A stretch of 51,788 bases of DNA from Planctomycetota bacterium (GTDB lineage: Bacteria; Planctomycetota; B129-G9): assembly GCA_043816375.1 (NCBI GenBank), contig JBDRIB010000280.1, positions 1 to 51,788 of the forward strand, given 5' to 3'. The translations under genes were made by a program, and so were the position numbers. Below are positions 8,356 through 17,297 of the stretch, piece by piece. Positions within the stretch are counted from its first letter, which is position 1. Every line of letters starts with the position of its first letter. Under the pieces are notes generated by a model. That model was not told where the DNA came from and did no database searches. It worked only from the letters and a program-made list of their open reading frames with translations.

Positions 8356-9348
8356 CTACTTCTTCCGGCCGATCATATAACGCGCAAATGCCTTCATCAC
8401 GTCGGGATTTTTGAACCCGGCGGTCTCGATTATTTCCATCGCGGGCTCTATCAGTTGATTTGCGAATCTCAGCGCGAAGCCTGTTATATCGTATTTCTTG
8501 TATATGTTCAGAACGCGGTCTACGTCTTCGGGCGTGGTATCCTCGCGCGGTTTTTGCATTATCGCAACCAGTTCGGCCTGCTCCTCGAAATCGCAGTGCG
8601 GCAGCACAGCGGCATACAGGATACTCGGCTTGCCCTCACGAATGTCTGAACCAATCATTCCACCGCGTCCCTTGCCTTCGGTCAAATCCAGCACGTCGTC
8701 GCGTATCTGGAACGCGGGGCCCAGCAAAAGACCCAGTCTGGTCAGCCGCCTTTCGGTCTCCGCCGGAGCGCCCGCGATTACGGCGGCGCCCACTATGGCA
8801 AAGCCGAGATAGTAACCCGTCTTCAGGCGAATAATTTTCATATACTCGTCGACGGAGAAATCTTCCGCCCCGCGCATATTCATATCAAGCGCCTGTCCCT
8901 CGATGGTGCGCTCCAGAGTGCCGGTGAACATATCGAGCAGACGCACACAGAACGGCTTCGCGCGATAGGCGTCCAGGAGAAGCCGGCAGGCACGACCCAG
9001 CATATAATCGCCGCAGTTGACCGCATTGGCTATACCGTATTTCGCCCACAGCGTCGGCTGGTCTCTGCGAACCGCGTCGCCGTCCTCCACATCATCGTGC
9101 ACAAGGAACATATTGTGCAATATCTCGGTCGCGGCGGCCAGGGGCAGGGCCTCCTCCGGGTCCCCGCCCAGTTGCTCACAGGCAGCGAGGCAGAGTACCG
9201 GCCTGATTCGCTTTCCGCCTGTGCCCAGGTGGTACATTATCGCGGGGTTGAGATACGGCTGCTGCTCCATCGGGAAGGCCCGGCGCAAAATGTCTTCCAC
9301 GCGTCCCACCCAGCGTTCCGTCAGTTCAAATACGTAATCTTTTGCCAT
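8356..9348 (-). CDS. Polyprenyl diphosphate synthase (trans-IPPS, GGPP/FPP synthase-like)
   Basis: First Asp-rich motif LVHDDVEDGD and second FQIRDDVLD. Confidence 0.85.
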   Translation of the reverse strand: MAKDYVFELTERWVGRVEDILRRAFPMEQQPYLNPAIMYHLGTGGKRIRPVLCLAACEQLGGDPEEALPLAAATEILHNMFLVHDDVEDGDAVRRDQPTLWAKYGIANAVNCGDYMLGRACRLLLDAYRAKPFCVRLLDMFTGTLERTIEGQALDMNMRGAEDFSVDEYMKIIRLKTGYYLGFAIVGAAVIAGAPAETERRLTRLGLLLGPAFQIRDDVLDLTEGKGRGGMIGSDIREGKPSILYAAVLPHCDFEEQAELVAIMQKPREDTTPEDVDRVLNIYKKYDITGFALRFANQLIEPAMEIIETAGFKNPDVMKAFARYMIGRKK

Positions 9349-9688
9349 AACCGTCGGTCCTCATAAATCCATCATCCAGATAGCGTGCCGCATAGCATAC
9401 CGGGACTTCCAACCCGCTAACAGCATTTTTTCGAACAAATTTCGGTGCCGCCCCATTGTGCACATATTTCCCCCAAATTTCTAAAGTTCTGGCCAACTCC
9501 CTGCCGATTATAAGTTTGTTATCGGGGAAACTCCACCTGTTTTAATCAATCTGTCCCGACAATTACAGAGCAGATGCTCTTTTTGCACTTGAAATCTATC
9601 TTAATTACGAAAGGGGGTGAGGCGATACGCCGAAAACTGGAAGAAGTTAATTCGAGAAACTATTTCCTAGTATTTTGGGGGTTACGTG

Positions 9689-11179
9689 ATGAGAAACATC
9701 TTACGAACAATATCAGTATTAGCGCTTGTGTTTTTGCTGTCCGGCGCTGCCTTCGCTCAGAATAATCTGAAGGCAAAGTGGGACGATTTAGTCAAAGCGC
9801 TGGACAACGACCCGGGCATTTCTGGTGACACCAAGAATGCCCTGAAGGCATTCGGCGAGGCCCTTGTCGAAGACAAGGGCGAAGCGATTCCGCCCGGCGA
9901 GTTGGGTGCAAAGGTGGACGAATGGTTCAGCAACGAGAAGCGCGTCTCGGCGGCCGACAGACTGTTCGGCACATCCGAGAAACGCGGCCTGCTTGAAAGG
10001 CTGAGCATTTATGGCGATTTTCGCTATCGTTTCCAGGCCGATGTGAAGCCGGACACCTGGAACAACCCGGCCGCAGGCGAGGAGCACGACGAGCGCGTAC
10101 AGCAGAGCGCCCGTCTCAGGCTCGGCTTTGTGTACAACATCGAAGACGACCTGCTGGACTTCGGAGCCCGTCTTACCACCGGTCCGGTAGGCGAGGCGAA
10201 CTCGGCTGAGGCCGGCTTTGACGGCGACTTCCCCAAGATCGATGTCAACTGGGACAGGATTTACCTGCACTACACGCCGTTTTCGCAGGACCGGCCCTTT
10301 GACATGTGGGGCCTGGCCGACATGACCACCGATTTCTACATCGGCAAGTTCGACCACAAATGGCTGTTCCTTGCCGGATGTCAGGTATGGGACGATGATG
10401 TACAGCCGCTCGGTTTCGGCGGTTTGTTCAGGTGGAACAACTTCGGCTGCGGCCTGATCGACGAGGTCAGGGCAAGCCTGGGGTTCTACCAGTTGACCGA
10501 AGAGCAGTTTAACGAAGACGCCACAATGTTCGTCGCCCAGGTCGGCGTCATTAAGGGATTCGAGTATGCCGGGCACAAGTTCAAAGTAACTCTGGCTTCG
10601 GCCATCTACGACATCAACGATCCCGACGACGACATGGACCGCTCCAGCGTGCTCTGGCACGATCCTCGCCTGGGCCTTGATAACGGCGTTACGCCGCCCT
10701 CACCGAACCAGACCAACTACATCAGCGAGTTCCAGATTCTTCACAATTTATTCCAGCTGGATTTCGACGGCTTCGAAATCCTCGGCAAACAGCGTCCCAT
10801 CAAATTCATCTTTGAGCACGTTCACAACGCCGACGGTCACAACGACCCGAACTTCCCGCGGCACAGCAGCCGCGACGTGAACGACGGTTACAACTTCATC
10901 ATCACGATGGGGGAGCTGGAGAAGAAGTGCGACTGGCGCATAGGCTACGGGTACTTCAACTTCGAACGTGACTCACTGTTCACCATTGTCAGCGGCAACG
11001 ACTTCGGCAGACAGAGCGACTTTATCGGCAACGTAGTGTGGCTTGACTACAAACTGCTTGACAGAGTCTCGGCCAGAGTGTGGTACGCCTGGTGGCAAGA
11101 GCGTATTGACGATCTTAATGCCGCCGAGGACGACCACGTCCAGGGCAGATTCAGACTCGAGTTGCTCGTCGAGTTTTAG
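9689..11179 (+). CDS. Outer-membrane beta-barrel protein (putative porin)
   Basis: Signal peptide ...SGAAFAQ, beta-strand-rich body, C-terminal ...RFRLELLVEF. GTG at 9686 or ATG at 9689 could be the start; a GGGGG Shine-Dalgarno favours 9689. Confidence 0.65.
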   Translation: MRNILRTISVLALVFLLSGAAFAQNNLKAKWDDLVKALDNDPGISGDTKNALKAFGEALVEDKGEAIPPGELGAKVDEWFSNEKRVSAADRLFGTSEKRGLLERLSIYGDFRYRFQADVKPDTWNNPAAGEEHDERVQQSARLRLGFVYNIEDDLLDFGARLTTGPVGEANSAEAGFDGDFPKIDVNWDRIYLHYTPFSQDRPFDMWGLADMTTDFYIGKFDHKWLFLAGCQVWDDDVQPLGFGGLFRWNNFGCGLIDEVRASLGFYQLTEEQFNEDATMFVAQVGVIKGFEYAGHKFKVTLASAIYDINDPDDDMDRSSVLWHDPRLGLDNGVTPPSPNQTNYISEFQILHNLFQLDFDGFEILGKQRPIKFIFEHVHNADGHNDPNFPRHSSRDVNDGYNFIITMGELEKKCDWRIGYGYFNFERDSLFTIVSGNDFGRQSDFIGNVVWLDYKLLDRVSARVWYAWWQERIDDLNAAEDDHVQGRFRLELLVEF

Positions 11180-11235
11180 TCGAAGTTACGCTGCGTGAAA
11201 CGGCGCCGTTAGTCACGCAAACAACTTGAGAAAAA

Positions 11236-11269
11236 GGGAGGACGCCTCCGGGCGCCCTCCCTTGCTTTT
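11236..11269 (+). terminator. Rho-independent terminator after the porin gene
   Basis: GGGAGGACGCC/GGCGCCCTCCC hairpin followed by TTGCTTTT. Confidence 0.7.
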
Positions 11270-11669
11270 GCCGTTCAGCATACGGGCACAGGCCGGTTCG
11301 AGACGGAATAAGTAAAGTTCCACATTTTCATTTCCGATATCTTCCGCTGCAGGACAAATCTTTACAATCACGCAATACGTGCATCAATCCGATTCCGTTT
11401 TTCTACGCATATCCACAGTCGTAGAGGCTGTGTTTGAAAAGGTCCCGGCCGGACGCCGCAACCAGCAAAGCCGCCGTACTCCCGGGACCGCAGGCTTTGA
11501 CCTTCAATCTGATACCGCAGATAGAATTGGAACAGCATCAGGAGGCGATAATACTGTAATAATGGTTTGTTGCTCTAACTGAGATAACAATGGCTCTTAC
11601 ATACAATTGTCTTCGCCCGACTCGCAGAACGCTGCTGTTATCGGCAGATAAAGCAAGGACATTTTAGCT

Positions 11670-14600
11670 ATGCACCACATAAAGAACAAAACCACCTCGA
11701 AAGTGGCTGCTAAAACAGACAACCTTACAGAAACAAAATCACTGCTGGATGCCATGAGTGACATAGTAGTAATGCTGGACCAGAATGCGATTATTCTGTT
11801 TGCCAACCGCTCTTGGAGCGTCGTCACCGGCTGGCCTCTCTCAATGGTCGTCGGCAAACCGCTGTGGGAGTTTGTCCATCCGATGGAAGAAGAGAACCTC
11901 CGCAGCAATATAAACAAGGCAATTGCGGAGGGCGAGTCTCTGACCGGCCTGGAATCCCGGCTCAAAACCTCGGAAGGCACCTGGCGGTGGGTCTCGCTGA
12001 ACGGCGAGGTCCTCTCCGCCACGACCGACGAGCGGCCCTGTTACCTGATAACCGGCGAAGAAAACGGCGAAGTCGAAGACCTGCGTGAACAACTTGCCTC
12101 AAGCGAAGCCGCTCTCCGCTCAATACTGAACCGAATGCCGGTCGCAGCATTTGCCTTCAACCCCGAGGGCAAGATTGTGCTGTGGAACCAGGAATGCGGA
12201 AACATTTACAACCTGAGCGCCGGTCAAACCGTCGGCAAGATGCTCTGGCAGACGGTCGCAAAGCGCGAGGAAGCAGAGCACATAAACGGGATAGTGCACA
12301 GGGTCTTTGAGGGCGAGACGCTTCACGGTGTGGAGTGGCACTGGCAATACTACGTGGATACAAGCAGGAACCTGTCCACCATCGTCTATCCGGTAAAGGG
12401 CGACGACGGGCAGGTAATCCTCGGTGTCTCAGTGACGCTGGATGTAACGCACAAGCGCGATTTCGAACGGGACCTCCGCGATGAGACGCAATTCCGAACC
12501 TCGGTGTTCGAGGGCATAAAAGCCGGAATAGCCCTGATTGACCTGCACGGCGAACTTCTGTACGCGAACAGGAAACTGCACAATACATTCAACCTGGGCA
12601 GGAGCGACGTGCGCCGCTCACTCCTGAGAGGACAGGGCGAGTCCCTCCCCAACCATCCATCGACGAAAGTGCTCGAAGGAGCCGACAGCGCCGCAACAGA
12701 GATAACAACCACAGACCGCCACGGCCATCCGCTTAACCTGAAACTTGTCGCCTCACCCCTGTGCGGACCCGACGGAGAAATGAAGGGAATTATCGAGGTA
12801 CTCGTGCCTCTGACGGAAGAAGAAAAAGAGACAAAGCCGGTCAATTATCACATTGACATCTTTAACAACCTTTCAGACCCCGTCGCGCTGCTTGGCCCCG
12901 ACCTGAAACTTATCGAGGCAAACACGGCCTTCCTCGAGATGTACGCCATTCGCAAAACCGCCGCCGTCGGTCGTCCGTGCCACGAAATCCTGCGCAGGCG
13001 TTCCGCCCCCTGCAACGAAGAATGCCACGGCTGCCCCGCAAAAAAGGCAATTGAAACCGGCAAACCCGATTGCATTCAGTATCGCTTTGAGCCGGGCAAC
13101 CGTCCCGCGCGCCTGCTGGAAGTCAGCGCCACGCCGACGTTCGACAGCGACCACAAAGTCAGCAACGTGGTGCTGAACATAAGAGATATAACCGAGAGAG
13201 AAGACCTGTTCAAACGGGTCGAACGGGCCAAGCAGGAGTGGGAGCGCATTTTCGACGCAATGCACGACCTCGTCTCCATTCACGACAAGGATTTCACCAT
13301 CATCCGCGCCAACAAGGCCCTCGCCGGAAAACTGGGCTTGCCCGTGCAGAAAGTCATCGGCAGGAAATGCCACGAAATCTTTCACAATGCAGACCGGCCA
13401 GTCGCCAATTGCCCGGCAATCAAGGCCATGCAAACAGGCAGAACCTTCAGCGAACAAATCGAAGACGAAGAGTTGGGCAGCCTCTTTGTCTGCGCCAGCC
13501 CTCTGATGGATTCTCACGGCGAGATAATCGGGTTCGTGCACGTCGCGCACGATTTGACGGAACAGAAAAAACTTGAAAGCCAACTGCGACACGCGCAACG
13601 GATGGAAAGCCTCGGCGAACTGGCGGGCGGAATTGCTCACGACTTCAACAATCTGCTCGGCGGAATCCTCGGATACGCCTCGTTTGCAAAGAGCCGCCTG
13701 AGCGAAGACGACCGGCTGCACCAGGAAATCCAGACCATCGAGCAGTGCGCGCTCAGGGCCTCGGAACTGACCGCACAACTGCTCGCATTCAGCCGATCCG
13801 ACCGGCCGGACAGATACACCACCTCGCTTAAGTCCGTCATCGGGCAGGTCCTGAAAATAACCAAACGCACCCTGGGCAAATCAGTAAGCGTCCACCAGGA
13901 TATCGCCGACGACCTCTCTGAAGTCTATATAAATGAAGGGCAGATTCAACAGGCGATACTCAACATCTGCATAAACGCCCGCGACGCTATGCCCGACGGC
14001 GGGAAAATAACCATATCCGCCCGAAACATTACAATCAAGCCGGACAGAACCGAGGCGGAAAACTGCTGCGAAACATCCCAAAACGCAACCGCATTGAACG
14101 CACAAATCCCCCCCGGCAACTACGCCCGCCTCTCGATAAGCGACACGGGAACCGGCGTAGAACCCGAAGTAGCGCTTCACATATTCGAGCCTTTCTTCAC
14201 CACGAAAGAAAGGGACCAGGGCACCGGACTCGGCCTGGCAATGGTTATGAAAACTGTCGTCAGCCACGAGGGATTCATAACGCTGGAAAGCGAACCCGGA
14301 ATTGGAAGCACCTTCCACATCTACCTGCCAAAGGCGGCAAAGCCCGCCCGCGACAGTATCGAACAAGTCACGGAAACACCTCCCGGCGGCACTGAAACTA
14401 TTCTTGTCGTCGACGACGAGGAAATCATCCGCGCCATTATCCGGCAGGCCCTTACTGAAGCCGGGTACGACGTCCACGTCGCCGACTCCGGCGCAGACGC
14501 ACTAACGATATTTGCATCCGAACACAAAGACATTGACCTGATTATCCTTAACGTCGCAATGCCCGGAATGAACGGAGCGGCCACCTTCAAAAAAATGCGA

Positions 14601-14771
14601 GAGATAGACCCCTCCGCAACCGTCCTCGTTGCCACCGGCTACGCGCGCGAGGGCCAGGCCCTCGAACTGCTCGAACAGGGTGCAAACGGTTTCCTGCAAA
14701 AACCCTTTTCTCCCGCCCAGTTGCTCCGCTACGTGCGCCACGTCCTCGACCACGCGTACACCGAGGCCTGA
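11670..14771 (+). CDS. Multi-PAS sensor hybrid histidine kinase with C-terminal receiver-like domain
   Basis: 1033 aa. Several PAS/PAC modules, H-box GGIAHDFNNLLGGILGY, ATPase boxes (NARDAMP, DTGTGV, GTGLGL), and a C-terminal REC fold (ILVVDDEE...KPF). Confidence 0.85.
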   Translation: MHHIKNKTTSKVAAKTDNLTETKSLLDAMSDIVVMLDQNAIILFANRSWSVVTGWPLSMVVGKPLWEFVHPMEEENLRSNINKAIAEGESLTGLESRLKTSEGTWRWVSLNGEVLSATTDERPCYLITGEENGEVEDLREQLASSEAALRSILNRMPVAAFAFNPEGKIVLWNQECGNIYNLSAGQTVGKMLWQTVAKREEAEHINGIVHRVFEGETLHGVEWHWQYYVDTSRNLSTIVYPVKGDDGQVILGVSVTLDVTHKRDFERDLRDETQFRTSVFEGIKAGIALIDLHGELLYANRKLHNTFNLGRSDVRRSLLRGQGESLPNHPSTKVLEGADSAATEITTTDRHGHPLNLKLVASPLCGPDGEMKGIIEVLVPLTEEEKETKPVNYHIDIFNNLSDPVALLGPDLKLIEANTAFLEMYAIRKTAAVGRPCHEILRRRSAPCNEECHGCPAKKAIETGKPDCIQYRFEPGNRPARLLEVSATPTFDSDHKVSNVVLNIRDITEREDLFKRVERAKQEWERIFDAMHDLVSIHDKDFTIIRANKALAGKLGLPVQKVIGRKCHEIFHNADRPVANCPAIKAMQTGRTFSEQIEDEELGSLFVCASPLMDSHGEIIGFVHVAHDLTEQKKLESQLRHAQRMESLGELAGGIAHDFNNLLGGILGYASFAKSRLSEDDRLHQEIQTIEQCALRASELTAQLLAFSRSDRPDRYTTSLKSVIGQVLKITKRTLGKSVSVHQDIADDLSEVYINEGQIQQAILNICINARDAMPDGGKITISARNITIKPDRTEAENCCETSQNATALNAQIPPGNYARLSISDTGTGVEPEVALHIFEPFFTTKERDQGTGLGLAMVMKTVVSHEGFITLESEPGIGSTFHIYLPKAAKPARDSIEQVTETPPGGTETILVVDDEEIIRAIIRQALTEAGYDVHVADSGADALTIFASEHKDIDLIILNVAMPGMNGAATFKKMREIDPSATVLVATGYAREGQALELLEQGANGFLQKPFSPAQLLRYVRHVLDHAYTEA

Positions 14772-14822
14772 ACTCCTTCCATACAAGCATAAAATCGACA
14801 CCGCCATCCCCTGCGAAAACCC

Positions 14823-14850
14823 TTGCCCAAATACCGGCACACGCTATAAT
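14823..14850 (+). promoter_or_regulatory. Candidate sigma70 promoter
   Basis: TTGCCC, 16 nt, TATAAT upstream of the 14956 gene. Confidence 0.45.
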
Positions 14851-14895
14851 GCCCGCCTTCGCGCCGGTTTCAGACTTCGGCTCAGAAAGGTGAAA

Positions 14896-14908
14896 GGTGA
14901 CTGTCACC
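14896..14908. repeat. Solo GGTGACTGTCACC palindrome
   Basis: Exact 13-mer in the 5' leader of the 14956 gene, preceded by GAAA. Confidence 0.9.
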
Positions 14909-14955
14909 GTTAGATGTAGAGACGTAGCAACATCCCATACTATCGAGGTAACGCA

Positions 14956-15483
14956 ATGGCTCTGTATTCCTTTGACGGCAAAAAACCGAAAATAGGCAAA
15001 GACGCATACGTACACCCCACCGCCGATGTCATCGGCAACGTAACCCTGGGCAGCGGAACTTTCGTCGGAGCAGGCGCCGTTATACGCGGCGACTACGGCA
15101 CAATCATCATCGGCGATAACTGCTCTGTCGAGGAAAACTGCACCATCCACGCGCGGCCCGGCAAGGTCTGCACCATCGGCAACTGGGTCACCATCGGACA
15201 CGCCGCAGTCGTTCACAACGCGAAAATAGTAAACGACTACGCCGTACTCGGCATGGGTTCAATAACAAGCGACTACACCGAGATAGGCAAATGGGCCGTC
15301 GTCGCTGAAGGCGCAGTCGTAAAAAATGGCCAGGTCATTCCGCCCGAAACGATTGTCGTCGGCGTCCCGGCGAAGGAAGTCGGCAAGGTTGACGAAGACT
15401 TCAAGAAACAGTGGCGCCACTTCAAACAGGTTTACGTTGACCTGGCCAAAACGTATCCGCAGCGAATGGTCCGGCTGGATTAG
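14956..15483 (+). CDS. Left-handed beta-helix (hexapeptide) protein, gamma-carbonic-anhydrase / PaaY / CaiE-like
   Basis: Hexapeptide periodicity with IRGDYGTIIIGDNCSVEENCTIH and TIGHAAVVHNAKI His motifs. Confidence 0.75.
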   Translation: MALYSFDGKKPKIGKDAYVHPTADVIGNVTLGSGTFVGAGAVIRGDYGTIIIGDNCSVEENCTIHARPGKVCTIGNWVTIGHAAVVHNAKIVNDYAVLGMGSITSDYTEIGKWAVVAEGAVVKNGQVIPPETIVVGVPAKEVGKVDEDFKKQWRHFKQVYVDLAKTYPQRMVRLD

Positions 15484-15487
15484 CAGA

Positions 15488-15500
15488 GGGGACTGTCCCC
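15488..15500. repeat. GGGGACTGTCCCC palindrome
   Basis: Exact palindrome between the 14956 and 15541 genes. Member of the GGGACWGTCCC family. Confidence 0.85.
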
Positions 15501-15540
15501 GGAGCGGCATTGACAGCTCTTGCCCATATAAAGGACACTT

Positions 15541-16494
15541 ATGAAGCACGGGCACTCACCTGAACACGCGCACGGCCCCGCCGGCCACACGCACAGGGTC
15601 GTCGCGCAAAAGCGTATTGTCCTCTGCATAGCGCTAACCGGCTTGATGATGGTCATTGAAGTCGTCGGCGGCTTCCTCACAAACAGCCTTGCGCTAATAA
15701 GCGACGCCGGCCATATGATGACACACTTCATCGCGCTCGGAATAAGTTACCTGGCGATACGCCTCACAATGCGGCCCCCCACCGACCAGCGCTCTTACGG
15801 ATATTTCAGGGCCGAGATTCTTGCCGCCTTTACCAACGGCATCTTCCTGATCGGCGTTACGATATACCTCGTCTACGAGGCCGTGTTGAGAACCATTAAC
15901 CCGCAAACGGTCGAGACGGCCGAGATGCTTGGCGTTGCGACCGCCGGGTTGGTTGTGAACCTTGTGACAGCCCTGCTCCTGAGCGGCGCAGGCAGGCGAG
16001 ACTTGAACGTGCGCGCGGCGTTCCTGCATATGATAGGCGATACGCTGTCCTCAATTGCGATCGTCGCGGGCGGGGTTGTGATGCTTCTCAGCGGGTGGTT
16101 TATCATCGACGCCGTACTGAGCGGTCTGATTTGTGTGCTGATACTTTACTGGGCTTACGGTCTGCTCAGGGAGTCGGTGCGCATTCTGCTGGAGTTTGCG
16201 CCCAAGGGGCTGAACGTGTCCGACGTTGCCGAATGTCTGAAGTCGCTCGGCGGCGTGAATAACGTGCACGATATCCACGTCTGGCAAATAACGTCGCATA
16301 TGTACGCTATGACCGCACATATCGAGGTCGGCGACGCAAAAGTCGCAAAAACCGAGGAGATACTGAAAGAGGCAATGCGCGAACTGGACGAACGGTTTCG
16401 CATAGAACACGTCGTCCTGCAGTTCGAGACCGGCTGCTGCAAGACCTTCGAGAACTCCCAGAGAGACAATCAATGCTGCCGAACCGAAAAATAG
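15541..16494 (+). CDS. Cation diffusion facilitator (CzcD/ZitB-like metal exporter)
   Basis: His-rich N-terminus, six TM helices, SDAGHMMTH and HMIGD metal-site motifs, C-terminal cytoplasmic domain. Confidence 0.85.
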   Translation: MKHGHSPEHAHGPAGHTHRVVAQKRIVLCIALTGLMMVIEVVGGFLTNSLALISDAGHMMTHFIALGISYLAIRLTMRPPTDQRSYGYFRAEILAAFTNGIFLIGVTIYLVYEAVLRTINPQTVETAEMLGVATAGLVVNLVTALLLSGAGRRDLNVRAAFLHMIGDTLSSIAIVAGGVVMLLSGWFIIDAVLSGLICVLILYWAYGLLRESVRILLEFAPKGLNVSDVAECLKSLGGVNNVHDIHVWQITSHMYAMTAHIEVGDAKVAKTEEILKEAMRELDERFRIEHVVLQFETGCCKTFENSQRDNQCCRTEK

Positions 16495-16547
16495 GCCTGT
16501 ACCTGTTTTTGGGAGAGTTCTGTTGACTGTCGCCAGAACGAAATATG

Positions 16548-16556
16548 TGGTATAAT
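16548..16556 (+). promoter_or_regulatory. Extended -10 (TGGTATAAT) for rnpB
   Basis: TGnTATAAT lies 6-7 nt upstream of the predicted P1 5' strand. Confidence 0.5.
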
Positions 16557-16559
16557 ATG

Positions 16560-17062
16560 CGCGAGGCGGGACGGACGGTCGCTCCCCGACTTGCCCAGTA
16601 CGGGCCTGTATAGGTCGGGGGGAGGAAAGTCCGGGCTCCACAGGACACGGTGGTGGGTAACGCCCACCGTCCCGGCTGTAATGGCCGGGACAGGGAAAGT
16701 GCCACAGAAAACATACCGCCGGATTGGGGGCTGGACTTTGGATTTTGGACTATGGATGGTGAAGGAAATAACCAGACTGTCCAATGTCCAAAATCCGAAG
16801 TCCAGCATCCAGTCCGGTAAGGGTGAAAAGGCGAGGTAAGAGCTCACCGCGTTCCGGGCGACCGGGACGGCACGGCAAACCCCACCGGGAGAAAGTCCAA
16901 ATAGAAGAGAAGGGGTCTTCCCACTCGAACAGACCCGCGGCGTGGTCCGCGCCGCTACACACTCTCGGGTAGGACGTTCGAGCCCCGACGTAAGTCGGGG
17001 CCCAGAGAAATGGCCGTCACCCGCAAGGGCCACAAAACCCGGCTTACAGTCCCGCCTCCCTC
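16560..17062 (+). ncRNA. rnpB: RNase P RNA, bacterial type A
   Basis: Universal elements GGAGGAAAGTCCGGGCTCCACAGG, AGGGAAAGTGCCACAGAAAACATACCGCC, GGTAAGGGTGAAAAGG..GGTAAGAGCTCACCG and ACAAAACCCGGCTTACAG. P1 pairs GAGGCGGGA (16563-16571) with TCCCGCCTC (17050-17058). Ends are approximate to +/-5 nt. Confidence 0.9.
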
Positions 17063-17100
17063 CAACCCGGCAACACATCTTTTCCACCCCCTTTCAAGCA

Positions 17101-17273
17101 TTTTAAGAACCGTTCTTAAAACGAAAAATGCACAACCCTATGCGACATATGACAATATGGGATTTGCGCCCCAAATTTTTAAGAACCGTTCTTAAAAAAT
17201 TCCGCCCTAAATCTCTTATCGCATTATTTGGAAATTGGTTACGTAAATCGGATTTTAAGAACGGTTCTTAAAA
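17101..17273. repeat. Array of three 21-bp palindromes TTTTAAGAAC-S-GTTCTTAAAA with 55-bp spacers
   Basis: Copies at 17101-17121, 17177-17197 and 17253-17273. Centres at 17111/17187/17263 give an exact 76-bp period. The central base is C, C, G. Confidence 0.9.
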
Positions 17274-17297
17274 GGGGCTGATTCTTGAGATTTGGGT

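Noticed and set aside
11270-11669. Possible riboswitch or sRNA in the 400-bp leader of the PAS kinase (GGTCCCGG...CCCGGGACC stem)
   Set aside because: I could not match it to any riboswitch consensus by eye. A single long-range stem is insufficient evidence.
16591-16625. 13-nt identity GTACGGGCCTGTA between the rnpB 5' region and 40797-40809
   Set aside because: Matches of this length are expected by chance many times in a 52-kb window when both strands are considered.
16470-17087. Several 60-205 aa ORFs across 16300-17090
   Set aside because: They overlap the RNase P RNA gene, whose universal sequence blocks and P1 pairing are unambiguous. No coding signal is present.
17101-17273. CRISPR array call for the three 21-bp repeats
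   Set aside because: There are only three repeats. The repeat is short, fully palindromic and AT-rich, the spacers are 55 nt, and no cas genes or leader are in the window. I kept it as a finding but did not annotate it as CRISPR.
17101-17273. GAAC/GTTC half-sites as a Gram-positive-type (Cheo) SOS box
   Set aside because: The spacing is GAAC-N1-GTTC, not GAAC-N4-GTTC. The sites are also not near lexA or any DNA-repair gene.
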